A stretch of 60,789 nt of DNA, the filler included, from Catajapyx aquilonaris (taxonomy: Eukaryota): NCBI GenBank assembly GCA_000934665.2. It is 4 parts of 4 records of this genome, joined end to end, with 100 filler letters (N's around TTAATTAATTAA, not from the genome) between each part and the next. Parts side by side here need not be neighbours in the genome. Positions count along the whole stretch, not along the records: positions 1 to 15,121 come from KZ539710.1; 3 more parts are not named here. One strand, given 5' to 3'. Position numbers and translations under genes: made by a program. The notes under the pieces were generated by a model. That model had not been told where the DNA came from and made no database searches. It worked only from the letters and a program-made list of their open reading frames with translations. How positions within the stretch are numbered: position 1 is the first letter of the stretch; the number at the start of each line of letters is the position of its first letter. Below are positions 1-12,120 of this stretch, piece after piece.

Positions 1-420
1 TGATGGGCGTCTCGTTGATTCTCTTGACCAACATCAGAGCTTGTATGGCTGGTTTTCCCAATAGAGGTGTCTCCAGCCCTCTAACAACGTACGCATTTTC
101 CACTGTGGCTGCTGCCTTACCCACCATGCGAACTTGTATCATGCCGAGTACATGGAGTCCTCGACGGTCAGGTCCACAGAGATGCTTCCGCGGAGCAAGA
201 AGCGGAAGGGCTTTGAAATGTTCCCTGTAGCAACTCTCTGGTAGAGCCGTGGCGTCGGCCCCAGTGTCAATCTTGAAACGGACAAGTGACTTGTGAACAC
301 GAAGAGTGACGTGCCAATCCGTGCAATCATGTGCAGAGTCTACAACTGCACCTAAGAAGTCGGAGTCAGTCTCCTCAATTTCTTGAATCTGACTTCTATC
401 GCGACTTGTCTTTGGAATGT
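1..420 (-). mobile_element. Ty3/Gypsy-type LTR retrotransposon fragment (retropepsin aspartic protease)
   Basis: Minus-strand frame not in the ORF track (no start codon) reads ...SDFLGAVVDSAHDCTDWHVTLRVHKSLVRFKIDTGADATALPE...AYVVRGLETPLLGKPAIQAL. It contains the catalytic DTG (260-268) and the C-terminal LLG motif of retroviral-type proteases. Runs off the window start. Confidence 0.85.
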
Positions 421-449
421 CATCTAATCACTTTACTAACAAACACTAC

Positions 450-688
450 CATGGATACATGGATACATGGATACATGGATACTACAACAAAGTGCAAGTG
501 AAATGTTGCATATTGGTCATTTTGTGAACTCCCCGGGGTGCATTAGTCTAGTGGAAATTTCCACCCGAGACGAAGCCAGAGATGGCCCGACTCTGCACGA
601 GATGAAGGGGGGAACCCCGGGCTGGGATTGAACCCGGGACCTTAACATCCGTGGGCGAATACGTTACCGCAGCACCACTCCACCTCCC
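450..688 (-). mobile_element. tRNA-derived SINE, family A, copy 1, with (GTATCCAT)n tail
   Basis: Reverse complement closely matches the head and body of the SINE at 3002-3425, including Pol III A-box TGGTGCTGCGG and B-box GGGTTCAATCCC. An 8-bp tandem repeat at about 450-482 forms its 3' end. Confidence 0.8.
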
Positions 689-721
689 TTAATGCCAACC
701 ATGTTCAGTCCATGGTAGATG

Positions 722-1013
722 CCGGCACCGCACCGGTGGACTAGACTAGTGGTTAGCGTGCTCGCCTCTGGTCCCAAAGTTGCGGGTTCGACCCTGGCCG
801 AGGTCGGTGACTTTTCTCCGCGTGGTAGAAAAGTGAGAGTGCGCCTTCTTTCGGAGGGGAAGTAAAGCCGTCGGTTCCGTGTGCTTGTGACATTGCGCGA
901 GTGCACATTAAAGATCTCCAGAGTGGCCAAATTTCCAGGAAGAGGACCACTCCCTGGCGTCGGTGTTGAGCCTAGCGGCAGAAATAGGCCGACGTTAGCC
1001 CCCACTAAAGTAA
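722..1013 (+). mobile_element. tRNA-derived SINE, family B, with Nin/Deu-like central domain
   Basis: A-box-like TAGTGGTTAGC and B-box GGGTTCGACCC. Central CTTTCGGAGGGGAAGTAAAGCCGTCGGT...CACATTAAAGATC resembles the Nin/Deu SINE core. Perfect 15-bp TSD AGTCCATGGTAGATG at 707-721 and 1014-1028. Confidence 0.85.
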
Positions 1014-2584
1014 AGTCCATGGTAGATGGGATTTGTGTAGATTTCTGGTATGTTATTCACAACCATGTTTGCTTAGAGTTGACTGTCTCGCTTTCACCTG
1101 AATGGTACCATACCTGTATCATAATATTATTGCCAATCATCCCATGGGGACACATGGTCAATGTGGTCCTCCCTGTAAGCCTGTATTTAAGATGATGTGC
1201 ATGTAACTTGTAGGCACATGGGGGGGGGGGGGNGGGGGGATGAGAATTTAAGACTCCTAAATTTTTCATTAGGCTCAAGTCTCCACATTATGAATGCTGA
1301 AACTATATATAGCCTACAGCAATACAGGTTCATAGAAAAGGTGTGCTTATCCTTTCAGATTCATGTTCCTCGTGAATTGCTGAATTGCCTAATTATTTTA
1401 ACCATTATTATACTTTATTTTGACCCTTATGGTTCCATTATGGAAATAAGTGGATGTTAATTTCCATTTTGATACCATTTTCATATGGAATATCCTGCAT
1501 GCCATATGATACCTCTCAGTCTCAGGTGATTGTGGAATAGCACATCCCCGGGGATATTCACTATTATTATTGTGGCTGATGAAACAACTGATTGTGATGG
1601 AGCTGTTGTGCTTTACTTAGCATATAATTATATATGTGGTTAATTGATTTTACATCAATTGAAGACATCAGGAGAAAAACGATCAAGGTCCATTTTTGTC
1701 CAAAATGAGTTACATATTTCGGAAGATAAAGTCACTAAAGTGTAGAATATGATGGTTTGGTCATGGTTGTGGAGTAGGCCTAATGATCATACTGTAGGTC
1801 ACTATGGAAGGCCCCAAAAGTGGGATTTACAATGGAGCCTTATGTCTGGGCCTTCGAAATTTAAAATGGGAATACCTCAGTTTCACCTGAGGTGGATCTT
1901 GATCGTTTTTCTCCCGAGGTCTTCAATTATTGTACTTGCTAGCTACATCTCTACTCATTTGTGGCAAAATTCAAGAGAAGTACATGTTTGTACTATCGAC
2001 ACAGAAATGGTTTTCACATTTGTTAATGGGCAGCCTACCTGCAAGTGTCCGGAACATTTCAGTGCCGATAGTACGTACATGTAGGCCTACAAACTTTATG
2101 ATGCAAGTGGGTAATTCTTGAATGCTGAATTCTGGTGTGCACTTTCCCCAGGAAAATATGTGATGGCACCTCTGCTGCTTGGGGAAAGTGCACTTATAAC
2201 ATGTACAGTACTTTCCCCATGTGATAAGTCAGTTGAATTTGTGTTACAATGCTACATTTTGCACCTACCAACCAGCGTTAAATAACAGGAATCTATATGG
2301 TGGGAATCAGTTATAGGTTTATTTTTCTTGGTTATTTTCTCGCATATTGTTTATATAGTATAGTTATTCCTAATGAAGTTCGTATCTCCTAACCAAATGG
2401 TTATGACATAAATCTGTATATTGCACGCTTTATTTCATATTATGATTATTATGTGTCCCTAGCTCCACTGCAGAAGATACAGTACATATCATTGGACACA
2501 GGAATTGGATAGGGAATGTGCTCTTACCATACATCTAGTACTGTGCTTGGGGAAGTGCACACCCCATGCATGATTACTTTTGAT

Positions 2585-2695
2585 CAGGGATGGAAAAAGT
2601 ACCGCTTCCTTCCAAGAAGCGCTTCTTTTTTCCATGTGCAGGGATAGAAAAAGAACCGCTTACCGCCCAAAGAAGCGGTTCTTTTTCCATCCCTG
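2585..2695. mobile_element. 111-bp hAT-type MITE
   Basis: TIRs CAGGGATGGAAAAAG / CTTTTTCCATCCCTG. Perfect 8-bp TSD CTTTTGAT at 2577-2584 and 2696-2703. Confidence 0.85.
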
Positions 2696-3001
2696 CTTTT
2701 GATTGTTCCTTTCTCAGAAGCACTTTGTTATTACTCATTTTCCTTCTTACAGTGTCTTTGGACTAGAGTACTAGACACTAGAGGACTAGACTGACTAGAG
2801 TAACTGCAGAGAATTTCATTCGCACACAAGGAACAGGTGGAATGCAACAGATGATTGAAAGTGACTCTTATCCTTTTTCACCCAAATTGGTTTTCTTCTT
2901 CTGCCCATTTTCAAATCCTGTTATCCAAAATCATGGCCCAAATGGTATAAATCATTAGGCAATGAAATCCCCATCTTAATTCCAGGCTTTATTGTCATCT
3001 G

Positions 3002-3342
3002 GGGAGGCGGAGTGGTGCTGCGGTAACGTATGCGCCCACGGATGTTAAGATCCCGGGTTCGATCCCAGCCCGGGGACACCCCCTTCATCTCGTGCAGAGT
3101 TCATTGGGTCACCTCTGGCTTCGTCTCGGGTGGTATTTCCTACAGACTAAACCACCCGGGGGAGTTCACTAAAAATGGCCACATAAAGACATTGCACTGC
3201 ACCTTGCACATCCCCTCCTGTCATCCTCCCCGTGGGCCCGGGCGCTTCAATAATTAGGTTCCAAATATGTAGTACATCGTACAAATAAAGGTCCGTGCTA
3301 TATGCCGAGAAGGCCAAGCACTACCCGGATATTGTTATTATA

Positions 3343-3401
<59 letters not shown>

Positions 3402-3425
3402 TTCTTCTTATTATTATTATTCTTA
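3002..3425 (+). mobile_element. Full-length tRNA-derived SINE, family A, copy 2, with (TTA)n tail
   Basis: A-box TGGTGCTGCGG, B-box GGGTTCGATCCC, (TTA)n tail at about 3346-3425. 14-bp TSD TTTATTGTCATCTG at 2988-3001 and 3426-3439. Confidence 0.9.
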
Positions 3426-4240
3426 TTTATTGTCATCTGAGGATTTACAAATATAACTCCTTTACTTCAGTAGCAATTTACACTTTTAAAAAACATTACT
3501 ACATGAAAGTGGTTGGCTACATAATGCACTGCTGTGCAGGTAGTTTGAAACACATTACATTGCGCTCATCCAGTATATATGGAATTAGACCATTTTGGAT
3601 GGAGGATGGCTCATGAAATAGGATGCAACAGTTCTAAATGTTCCACTTATGTGGGATACAGTGTATTCAAAAGTATGAGTCAGTCAAGAGTCCAGATCAG
3701 TCACCTTATCTTAATCCCAGCCTCACACACTGGGACAAGAGATATTGGGCGATAAAATTAAGTAAACCAGGTGGATGTGATGTGCATTCAACTGAAGAAT
3801 AGCACTGACATCACAATGCTCATTGATTGTTAGCTACATTGTTCCCGTTGTTGACAATCATTGATTGTTTCCCATTGTGACGTGAACTGACTGACGTGAC
3901 TGTTTTAAGGCTAAATACATTTTACAACCCTGAAATGAAAGTTCATGGCAAAATAATTATATCTCCAAATATCACTAGAGTTAATGCCATAAGTGTATAT
4001 CCCGGATACAGATAATGAGCTAAATAATTGCATGGTCCAGATGATTGCTCAAAAAATGTTACAGGTTTTAATTAAGGATTCTATCCAAAAAAAATGTCAC
4101 CTACATGCCACAAAATTATGAGGGCCACTCCTGCTTCTAACTACTCCAGTGGACAAGAGCTAGGTATAGGTAACCTCCCCCTCCTTCACTCTCATATGCA
4201 GCAAATGCAAGTACGTATAGTACTTTATGCCGAGGATGAT

Positions 4241-4944
4241 TTAGGCAACATGATCCTTGCGTTTGTGCAATCGCAACACTTGTTTACAATAAAACAAGCC
4301 ACTGCACTTGCCACAGGCAAATTGCTTTACTCCAGATTGTTTGGTTTTATCAACATTATGAACATTGCTCTCAGTCAACTTGGTGCACTTGGTGCAGATA
4401 GTGGACAATATATTATCATCTGTGTGTGTCTCAATGTGACCCCTTAAATCCCTGCGAGAGATGAATGCCTTCGAGCACCTATGGCACTTGATTTGCTTTC
4501 TCTTTTTGTATTTCATTTTCATCTGGCATTTCAATGACCGTGTTGAGGTCAGGGAGATCTGACATGCAGCACAAATGCTTTTATTTTTGGGAGTGCGTTG
4601 CTCATTAGCACTCTTCTGCCGTGGCTTGCATGCCATAACGCAAGATTTACATGCATAATAAGTTCCCTTAATACGTTTCATTTTTCCATGTTTCCGCTTG
4701 GCCTGTACTTGTACAATATGTACATCTTGGGAAGAACCAGCTTCCACCAGTGAGTTTTCTGGCGTTTTTGGCAGCCGGTTGCCAAAATCATCATCTCCTG
4801 GAGTGACATCATCAGGGGGAGTGGATGTGGCCTCTTTTCTGCCAAGCTCCTGGTTCACCACGTCCTGAAGAAGGCTGTCTAAGTTATCCAGTTCATCCAG
4901 GAGAAGGCAGTTCTCACTGAGCAACAACTCGGGTCCATCCTCAT

Positions 4945-4978
<34 letters not shown>

Positions 4979-5025
4979 CTCCTCCTCCTTCTCTGTCTCA
5001 GTGTCAAAGACAAAGAGAACATGGT
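4241..5025 (-). CDS. C2H2 zinc-finger protein, terminal exon (acidic poly-Glu region; two intact and several degenerate fingers)
   Basis: Within ORF 4241-5059; acceptor ttttcag just before 5025. Intact fingers CHRC-SKAFISRRDLRG-HIETH and CGKC-SGLFYCKQVLRL-HKRKDH; other CxxC units lack the His pair. A phase-compatible start exon (MSDQK, 8644-8629, donor gtgagt) is possible but unproven. Confidence 0.75.
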
Positions 5026-5470
5026 CTGAAAACCATAGATAAATGAAGAGTATTAACATTCACAATAATTGATTACACCACAATTGAACATTATTGTAGC
5101 TGAAATAGCAAAGGCTCATGATCCTCATTTTCATAGTATGGCCCAATGTATAATGTACCCGTCGGGTTTTCACCCAGAAAATTGCATTGTCCTCTGCTTG
5201 TACCGTACCGGTACACTAATTGAACACGATAATTATGTATAATTGGTTGACTCTTGGTGTCAATAGGTCAGGAATTATACGCAAATGAAAAATTCCTACA
5301 ACTGACGGCTAGTGTTTAGTAATTTATTTACTCATTTGAGAGACCCTGTAATGCATCGCATCGTCACGATAGTGACCCCATTTAATAGAGGAATACATAA
5401 AAGGTTCAAGGATTATGTATGTACTGTATGTGAATGATGGTTCTTAAAAAATAATACGGGGTTTTTTTTA

Positions 5471-7644
5471 TAGGGGCGTAACAAGACTCTTGGGGGCCCT
5501 GGGGCAAAAAAGGTACGCGGGGCCCCCTCCATAGTAATACGTAATGATTACGTATAACTATTAATGTAATGATTTCTCATTTTCAGTGTTTTTGTGCCAT
5601 ACTGATTACTGACACTGCGACTGCGAGAGTCTGACAGTGAGATAGTAAGACCCCGAATTGATTGGATCGAACCCGCTTTCTTACGTCTTATAGAATATAG
5701 AATATGCATGGGTATTCAACTAGTTTATGACAAGGTCCAGTATTTACCTTTCCTGGGCCATTNNNNNNNNNNNNNNNNNNNNNNNNNCCCCCCCGGGTAA
5801 AGATATGGATTATATATTTTTATATGGTACCACAGGGTTAATTTTTGAAAATAGAAACATATGCGGCAAGGGTAGAAGGGCCTATCAAGAGCAGGGTTGT
5901 GAACCGAACCGAACCCTGAATCCGATAACATTGAACCCGCTCCGGAGCAGTAGAGTCGGGTTCGGAGCGAGCGTCGGAACGGGTTCAGGTTCAAGCCGGT
6001 TCAGGGAGAGAGTGAACCCAAGGTCGGAATGGGTTCACGGTTCGGTTCAAGCCAACGGGTTCAGGAGCGGGTTCGGAGCGGGTTCGGAGCGGGTTCGGAG
6101 CGGGTTCGGAGCGGTTCAAAGCTTGGTTAGGTACAACATACCAACCCAACAGGGCAGTAAAACCGCTGGATTTACTTCAGAGTATGCATCATGTTTTCAT
6201 GGTGGGAGAATGACATTCCAAGTACCAGGGTGTACCGCAAATGTCACATTTTGATGCCATACGCATTTTTGTATGCCACAATAATTATGTCATACGCACT
6301 TTTGTATGCCACAATATGTCAGAGGCCTACCCATTTTTTGGATGTCATATTCTCATGTCATGCGCATTTGTTGTATGTCACATTTTCATGTCATAGGCAT
6401 TTTTTGTATGTTACAATATCATATTATTGTAACATACAAAAATGCGTATGACATAAAAATGTGACATCCAAAAATGGGTATAGGACCAGGTAGGACATAT
6501 TGTGACATACAAAAATGTGTATGACATATTGTAACATACAACAAATGCGCATGACATGAGAATGTGACATCCAAGAAATGCGCATGACATGAGAATGTGA
6601 CATCCAAGAAATGCGCATGACATGAGAATGTGACATCCAAAAAATGGGTAGGCCTCTGACATATTATTGTGGCATACAAAAGTGCGTATGACATATTGTT
6701 GCATACAAAAATGCGTGTGACATATTGTAACGTACAAAAATGCGTATGGCATCAAAATGTGACATTTGCGGTACACCCTGTATCGCGGGTGCTTGGAAAT
6801 GTCATTCTCCCACCATGAAAACATATGATGCATACCGTACTCTGAAGTCAATCCAAGCGGTTTTACTGCCTTTCCCCCCATTGTGTTGGTATGTTGTACC
6901 TAACCAAGCTTTGAACCGCTCCGAACCCGCTTCTGAACCCGCTCCGAACCCGCTTCTGAACCCGCTCCGAACCCGCTCCGAACCGCTCCGAACCCCTCTG
7001 AACCCGTTGGCTTGAACCAAACCGTGAACCCGTTCCGACCTTGGGTTCACTCTCTCCCTGAACCGGCTTGAACCTGAACCCGTTCCGACGCTCGCTCCGA
7101 ACCCGACTCTACCGCTCCAGAGCGGGTTCAATGTTATCGGGTTCACTGGTTCAGGGTTCGGTTCGGTTCACAACCCTTTCAAGACAGGACATATTAAGAC
7201 ATTTTCGCCCTTTATATGATGTCCTGTACAGGCGCGAGGCAGAAAAATTTCGGAGGGGGCCCATTTCATAAGCACAAGGTGAACAAGCCCGCCGCAGGCG
7301 AAATTTTTTTGAGGGGGTGGAAGGTCACACGAGCTTATGTGAAAGTGGGAGATTTGAATGGGTTGTATTTGATAAAATTGGTAGCACTTTTTCCAAAAAA
7401 TCATGAATTAGTAATTTCTAATGCTATTTCAAATTGTCCTGCATATCGTCGCGGTCCGGACAAAATTACGTCGCGGCCCTGATCCGGACCGCGGTCCGCC
7501 AGTTGAATAGCCCTGGAATATAGTTTATAGACGTTAGGCCTATTATGGATTTGTGGGTTTCCTCAAAATGTAATAAAACTCGTCGGAAAATTCGGGGGCC
7601 CTGGGGCAGTCGCCCCACCTGCCCCTATGGTAGTTACGCGCCTA
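5471..7644. mobile_element. Nested composite of non-autonomous DNA transposons (about four layers)
   Basis: Concentric inverted-repeat pairs: TAGGGGCGTAAC/GTTACGCGCCTA (5471/7644); CATGGGTATTCAACT/AGTTGAATAGCCCTG (5707/7515); long arms 5892-6225 and 6781-7177; CAGGGTGTACCGCAAATG/CATTTGCGGTACACCCTG (6226/6780). Confidence 0.75.
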
Positions 7645-9984
7645 ACCTTATTGTTATTACCGGTACATATCTAATGTGTGACAAAATTTCATATGCCCTA
7701 CTATTTTCGTTTCGAGGGGAAAAAATCCCAGCCATCACAGTCATTGTAACCGCTGTTACCAGTTTGTTACTGAAAATGGCCACATACTGGAAATCAATGA
7801 TTTGTTTCTAATTTTTGAAGCCCAACTGACCTAAATACCGAACACTAAAAGTACCATTATTGTAGGATTGTTTGTCGTGACTGATGAGCAATTAGGAAGC
7901 GCAGATGATGCTTACGTAACAATAGCAGTTAAGCATCCATTTTGGCGATCGAGAGCCAGTTTCGGTTACCGTTATCTAATATGCTAATTGTGATTGCGGA
8001 GGTGGCCAAGATAGAACATGGCAGTCCTTTTCTTTGATATTGAATGGTTTCATTGTCCTGGATTTATGTGTTATTGCAAAGTCCACAGGATGGATCAGGC
8101 GTTGACATGCCCTTGAGGCGATTTACGATCCACACTGGACGGCGAAGGAAGCTAAAGGGGGATTCGAATTTCTTTTGAGTCCCTTTTCCCACGGGTTTGT
8201 CCTACTCGAACTTTCTATATAAAGAACAGGTTGGTGCTTTAATGGAAAATGCTACTGTCCGACCTGCCTACAAATTGTCCGAAAGCATCCAACTTATAAG
8301 AGTCCCTGATTTTTAATAAAAATCTCATGAGCAGTCAGCTTCCCAACTCGAAACCACCTGCACTGTATACAACTCGCAGGTTCACACGAGGAGCAGAATG
8401 TGAGCTATGAAATTAAAAACACTGCAAATTGCTTTATCAAGCAAGGAAAACGTTAAGTATCTCCCTCATTAACTAGTATAGCCGGATTGATACACGTACG
8501 ATCTACATATAGCCTAGATAGCCATCGCATATCCGAACTATGAAACTGCGTCATCACTCGAAAAGATACTTTTGACCCTAACCTGCCGGGATGAATAACA
8601 CTCGTCACTAACTGTGTGAACGACTCACCCTTTTGGTCACTCATTCTGCTAAGTACGAGTAGATCCGAAGAGACCTGTTGAGTTTGACGATTCGGGGATG
8701 GGGTTGGCTTGATGTTGTTTCACAATCTGGCTTTAACACACTGACGCAGCCCGAGCCTGCAGATGACACCTTTGTGATTGCCAGGCTTGAAGGAAGCTAG
8801 ATAGAAAAATGAGCCCCAACATGGCAACCTCCTTGACTCTCGAATCCTAATGGCTGTGGCTGGGAAGCACGTGACAGCTGTAAGGCGGGCTAAACGCGTA
8901 CAGACACACTCATGGACAACAACGTTTGGTGCCCTGTGAAATCATGCCTTTAATTCCACACATTTTATTTTTTTTGTTTTACGGACTTTATCAAAATTAC
9001 AGGGCTTTGGAGGAGGTCACACGACTTAGGTGGCACTCACAGCCAAAGTTCATAGGTAGGCCCACAAAGGGTGTCCGAGCCATGAATTTTAATCTGGGTT
9101 GTTGCAAATTCTTTCGAAGAGATACATGACGGGAACATATTTGGAAACCTCCAATAGTGTTGTTTTTGTTATTTGTATCATCTCAGCGTGAATTTTTAGG
9201 AGAAAATTGCTTATTTTCAGACTTACAAAAATAGCCTGCATGTTAGATCAGGCCTTTTGTGAACCGGTATGACTAAGTAAGAATAATATGCGAATGCATT
9301 GCTTTGTCTCTTAAGTAAAACTGCGTTTGTCATAATCGATTATTCTTGCTTGGCCGATCAATTAGCAATAGTTTGACTTGGAAATTGGTCATATTCATTC
9401 CATATAAGACTGCATGAGCGACGAAGATATTTTGTCCAAGGGGGTAACCACTTCGGTACTCCGGTGTACACCTGCGAGTGGTACTCCCTGGTACTCCTCA
9501 GGTACCTCACTCTTTATTACTCCTTGGTACTCCTTGAATTTGGTACTCCAGTGTACACTTTTCAGTCGAGTGATTATATCCCCTTGATTTTGTCTCCAAT
9601 TGTGGTCAGCTTATAATTGACTAATCTTTGGCATAACTGGTTAAGTCAGTTGGTCATCATTTAATTTTGAACCAATCTTTGCAAACAATTACCTGTAGCA
9701 TGTGAAATGCTGAAGCCAAAGGTCTCACTCACAGACTCACAGACTTCAAAAACGCATTAAGTAATCCTGGAGTCGTCCAATAAGTTGCGCGCTCTGCGAA
9801 TGAAGTACCTGACAAACGAGATGGGACCTGCTAACACTGCTATATCATAGTTTAGGGAGTATGTTTTGTTTCAACGGACAAAATGTACACGATGTCTCCA
9901 GTGGGTTGAGAAGTGGCTGGCGCAGCGTTGTCATTTTTTTTTGTATACAGGTCTACTATCAGTTCCAGAAAGTTTTGGTTATTA

Positions 9985-9989
<5 letters not shown>

Positions 9990-10056
<67 letters not shown>
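9990..10056. repeat. (TTA)n microsatellite
   Basis: Pure trinucleotide run. It explains the poly-I/Y/L/N ORFs in the ORF track. Confidence 0.95.
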
Positions 10057-10057
<1 letters not shown>

Positions 10058-10964
10058 GTGAATGGAGCCCAGGAATAGAGAAGAAGACGTCTATTCCTTG
10101 ATTAGGACCAGGTGTCCACATCTACAAGTAGATAAATGTGGGTTACAGAGCATTCTGGAGAGGTAAAAGACAATAATGGTCACTCTGCTGCTTGTATTGG
10201 CTTCGCCGGAAGTGATTTCAGTTATTTCTTTATGACAGGATGTCTGCGACCGACGAAAGTGGCGAGTACAATATCATGCCCAGCGTCGTTGATGACAAGA
10301 GGTCTGCCCGTTTCCCAACCATTATTAATAGTGCCTGCAATCAGCATCCAAGGTTATGGGTCCGATTTCAATGCGAAGTCCAGGCTGACCATGGCTGACT
10401 CACAAGCCTGGAAGGCTGTGTGAACCAGGCCTGGAGCTTCTGTTATCGTGCCAGTAACTCTCAATAGATAATGTCAGCATTTTTTTTTTCCGTTATGAAC
10501 ATGGCTTTTCTGAGAAAGGAGACAAAAATCCCTTATCCTTACGTATATCCTTCAAAAATACATTGCTTTCTTATGCATATGCCCGTTCCCAGAAAATGTC
10601 CGAAATGGACACATTTCCGGTATTGGGGGAGGGAAGGGTAATGCTGGTCATCTAAGCGGAATTGGCTGTAACTTGAGTGCTATTTTCCCAAAATGAAAAT
10701 TCTAAATGTGCAGTCAATTCTTAGACATTTTATTTTGTATACAGTATCGTGAGATTTTTAAAAAAAAAGTTTCACCATGTGCTGTATCTAAGTAAGTAAA
10801 TGTAGCCTACATTTGATCGGCACTTATGGTGGCCACTTCCAAATCTCCTCAAAAAAGGACACAGCTGCTATGAATGTAGGATATACTGTATATAACATAC
10901 GTGGTATCATAATGATATTAATGAATATGCATTTTTTACTTCATGCATACTTTATAATTGATAT

Positions 10965-11190
10965 TTAAGGAGGTTGGCCCAGCATTGCCTTTCAACCTCC
11001 AAGGATAGGGAAGGAAGGAAGCGGCTGTGGCCTATTATACGGAAGCGACCCCGGAATTATCCTAGAAAGACCGTGGAAAACCACAGAAAACCACGGTCAG
11101 GGTTGCCGGCCCCGGGATTAGAACCCAGGACGGCAGGACCTCCCGATTAGCAGTCGGACGCCTTATCCACTATGCCAACCTGCTTCGGTC
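10965..11190 (-). mobile_element. tRNA-derived SINE, family C
   Basis: Minus strand begins with a tRNA-like head (GGTTGGCATAGTGGATAAGGCGTCCGACTGCTAATCGGGAGGTCC...GGGTTCTAATCCCGGG) followed by a non-tRNA body. No TSD found. Confidence 0.7.
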
Positions 11191-12120
11191 GACATGGCAT
11201 ATACTGTACATGGCCAATCTGGCGAAAAACGTGCTTTTGTAATTGAAGCCATTTCAATATGCCAGTCTGCACAGTCATCTTCATTCTGGCACTTAGCATT
11301 CCAAGAAGGGTGCCAGGTCTTCATATGCAATAAGTTTATTATCTCCATCATAATTATTGTGGTCGGTTATTGCAAGGCACGTTATCAATAATACAGTAAG
11401 TTACTTTACAGCGCCATTTTGAGGCGATTTTTAAACACCACGAGCTTTACAACCGCACCGGTCCTGTAACTCTGTAAGTAAACAAAATGTTTGATGTGGC
11501 AAATGAGGATTATTACAAAGTAAATGGCAAAAATAATGTTAGGCGCACGGGTCCTCTGCGTTTATGCAAAGAAAATTATTATGCATACGAGAGTGTTAGC
11601 AGACGTAAAGCCTACAATGTGTAAGGACAACAGTAACATCGGAATGAATGTTACGTGTTACTTATTGCATTCAGGCAAACTATTTACACCATATCGGCAA
11701 AGATCCTGCATTGTGAATAATTATGCATTATGTTGTAATCACAATAGTGCACATGCTGAAAGTTCAAGGCTAGAAAATGTGAGGAACGCTAGAGGATAGG
11801 CTAATCAGCATGGTCGCGTCTCTTATTCAATTGCTCAGGAATCCGGTTTTTTTGTGCGTCAAGGACATTTTGCCTGGTTTGGCGGCATTGCGGAAAATCT
11901 CACTACCACCTTTTGCCAGGTGAGAATGAAGAAGCGGCCGATGCAGCTACTGCTGCACATCACTCAGGTGCTATATTGTTGGAAGAATTATCGCAAATAA
12001 TCTGGTAGAAGAAGTAGCAGCAGTACATCAGCAACAGGTATTCTGCTATTTAGATCGTTCACTAATATAGTAAGCTTAGTAACGGTTCATATAATAAGTT
12101 AAAAATAATATGCACATATA

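Noticed and set aside
3002..3075. tRNA genes here and at about 610-688, 735-800 and 11105-11190
   Set aside because: Each tRNA-like head continues into a non-tRNA body, in some cases with a tail and TSD. They are SINE heads.
6226..6780. Regular ~30-bp repeats resembling a CRISPR array
   Set aside because: Units are directly tandem without unique spacers, are mirrored about a palindrome centre, lie inside TIRs, and no cas genes are present in this eukaryotic context.
5725..7482. Multiple repetitive ORFs on both strands
   Set aside because: Products of the palindromic subrepeats; the same peptides appear on both strands.
8453..8644. HSSDMRWLSR resembles the hAT transposase RWLSR motif
   Set aside because: No other hAT motifs were found nearby, and it is too short to call.
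9852..10121. Poly-Asn/Ile/Tyr/Leu ORFs (also 19563-20047)
   Set aside because: They are translations of (TTA)n/(AAT)n microsatellites.
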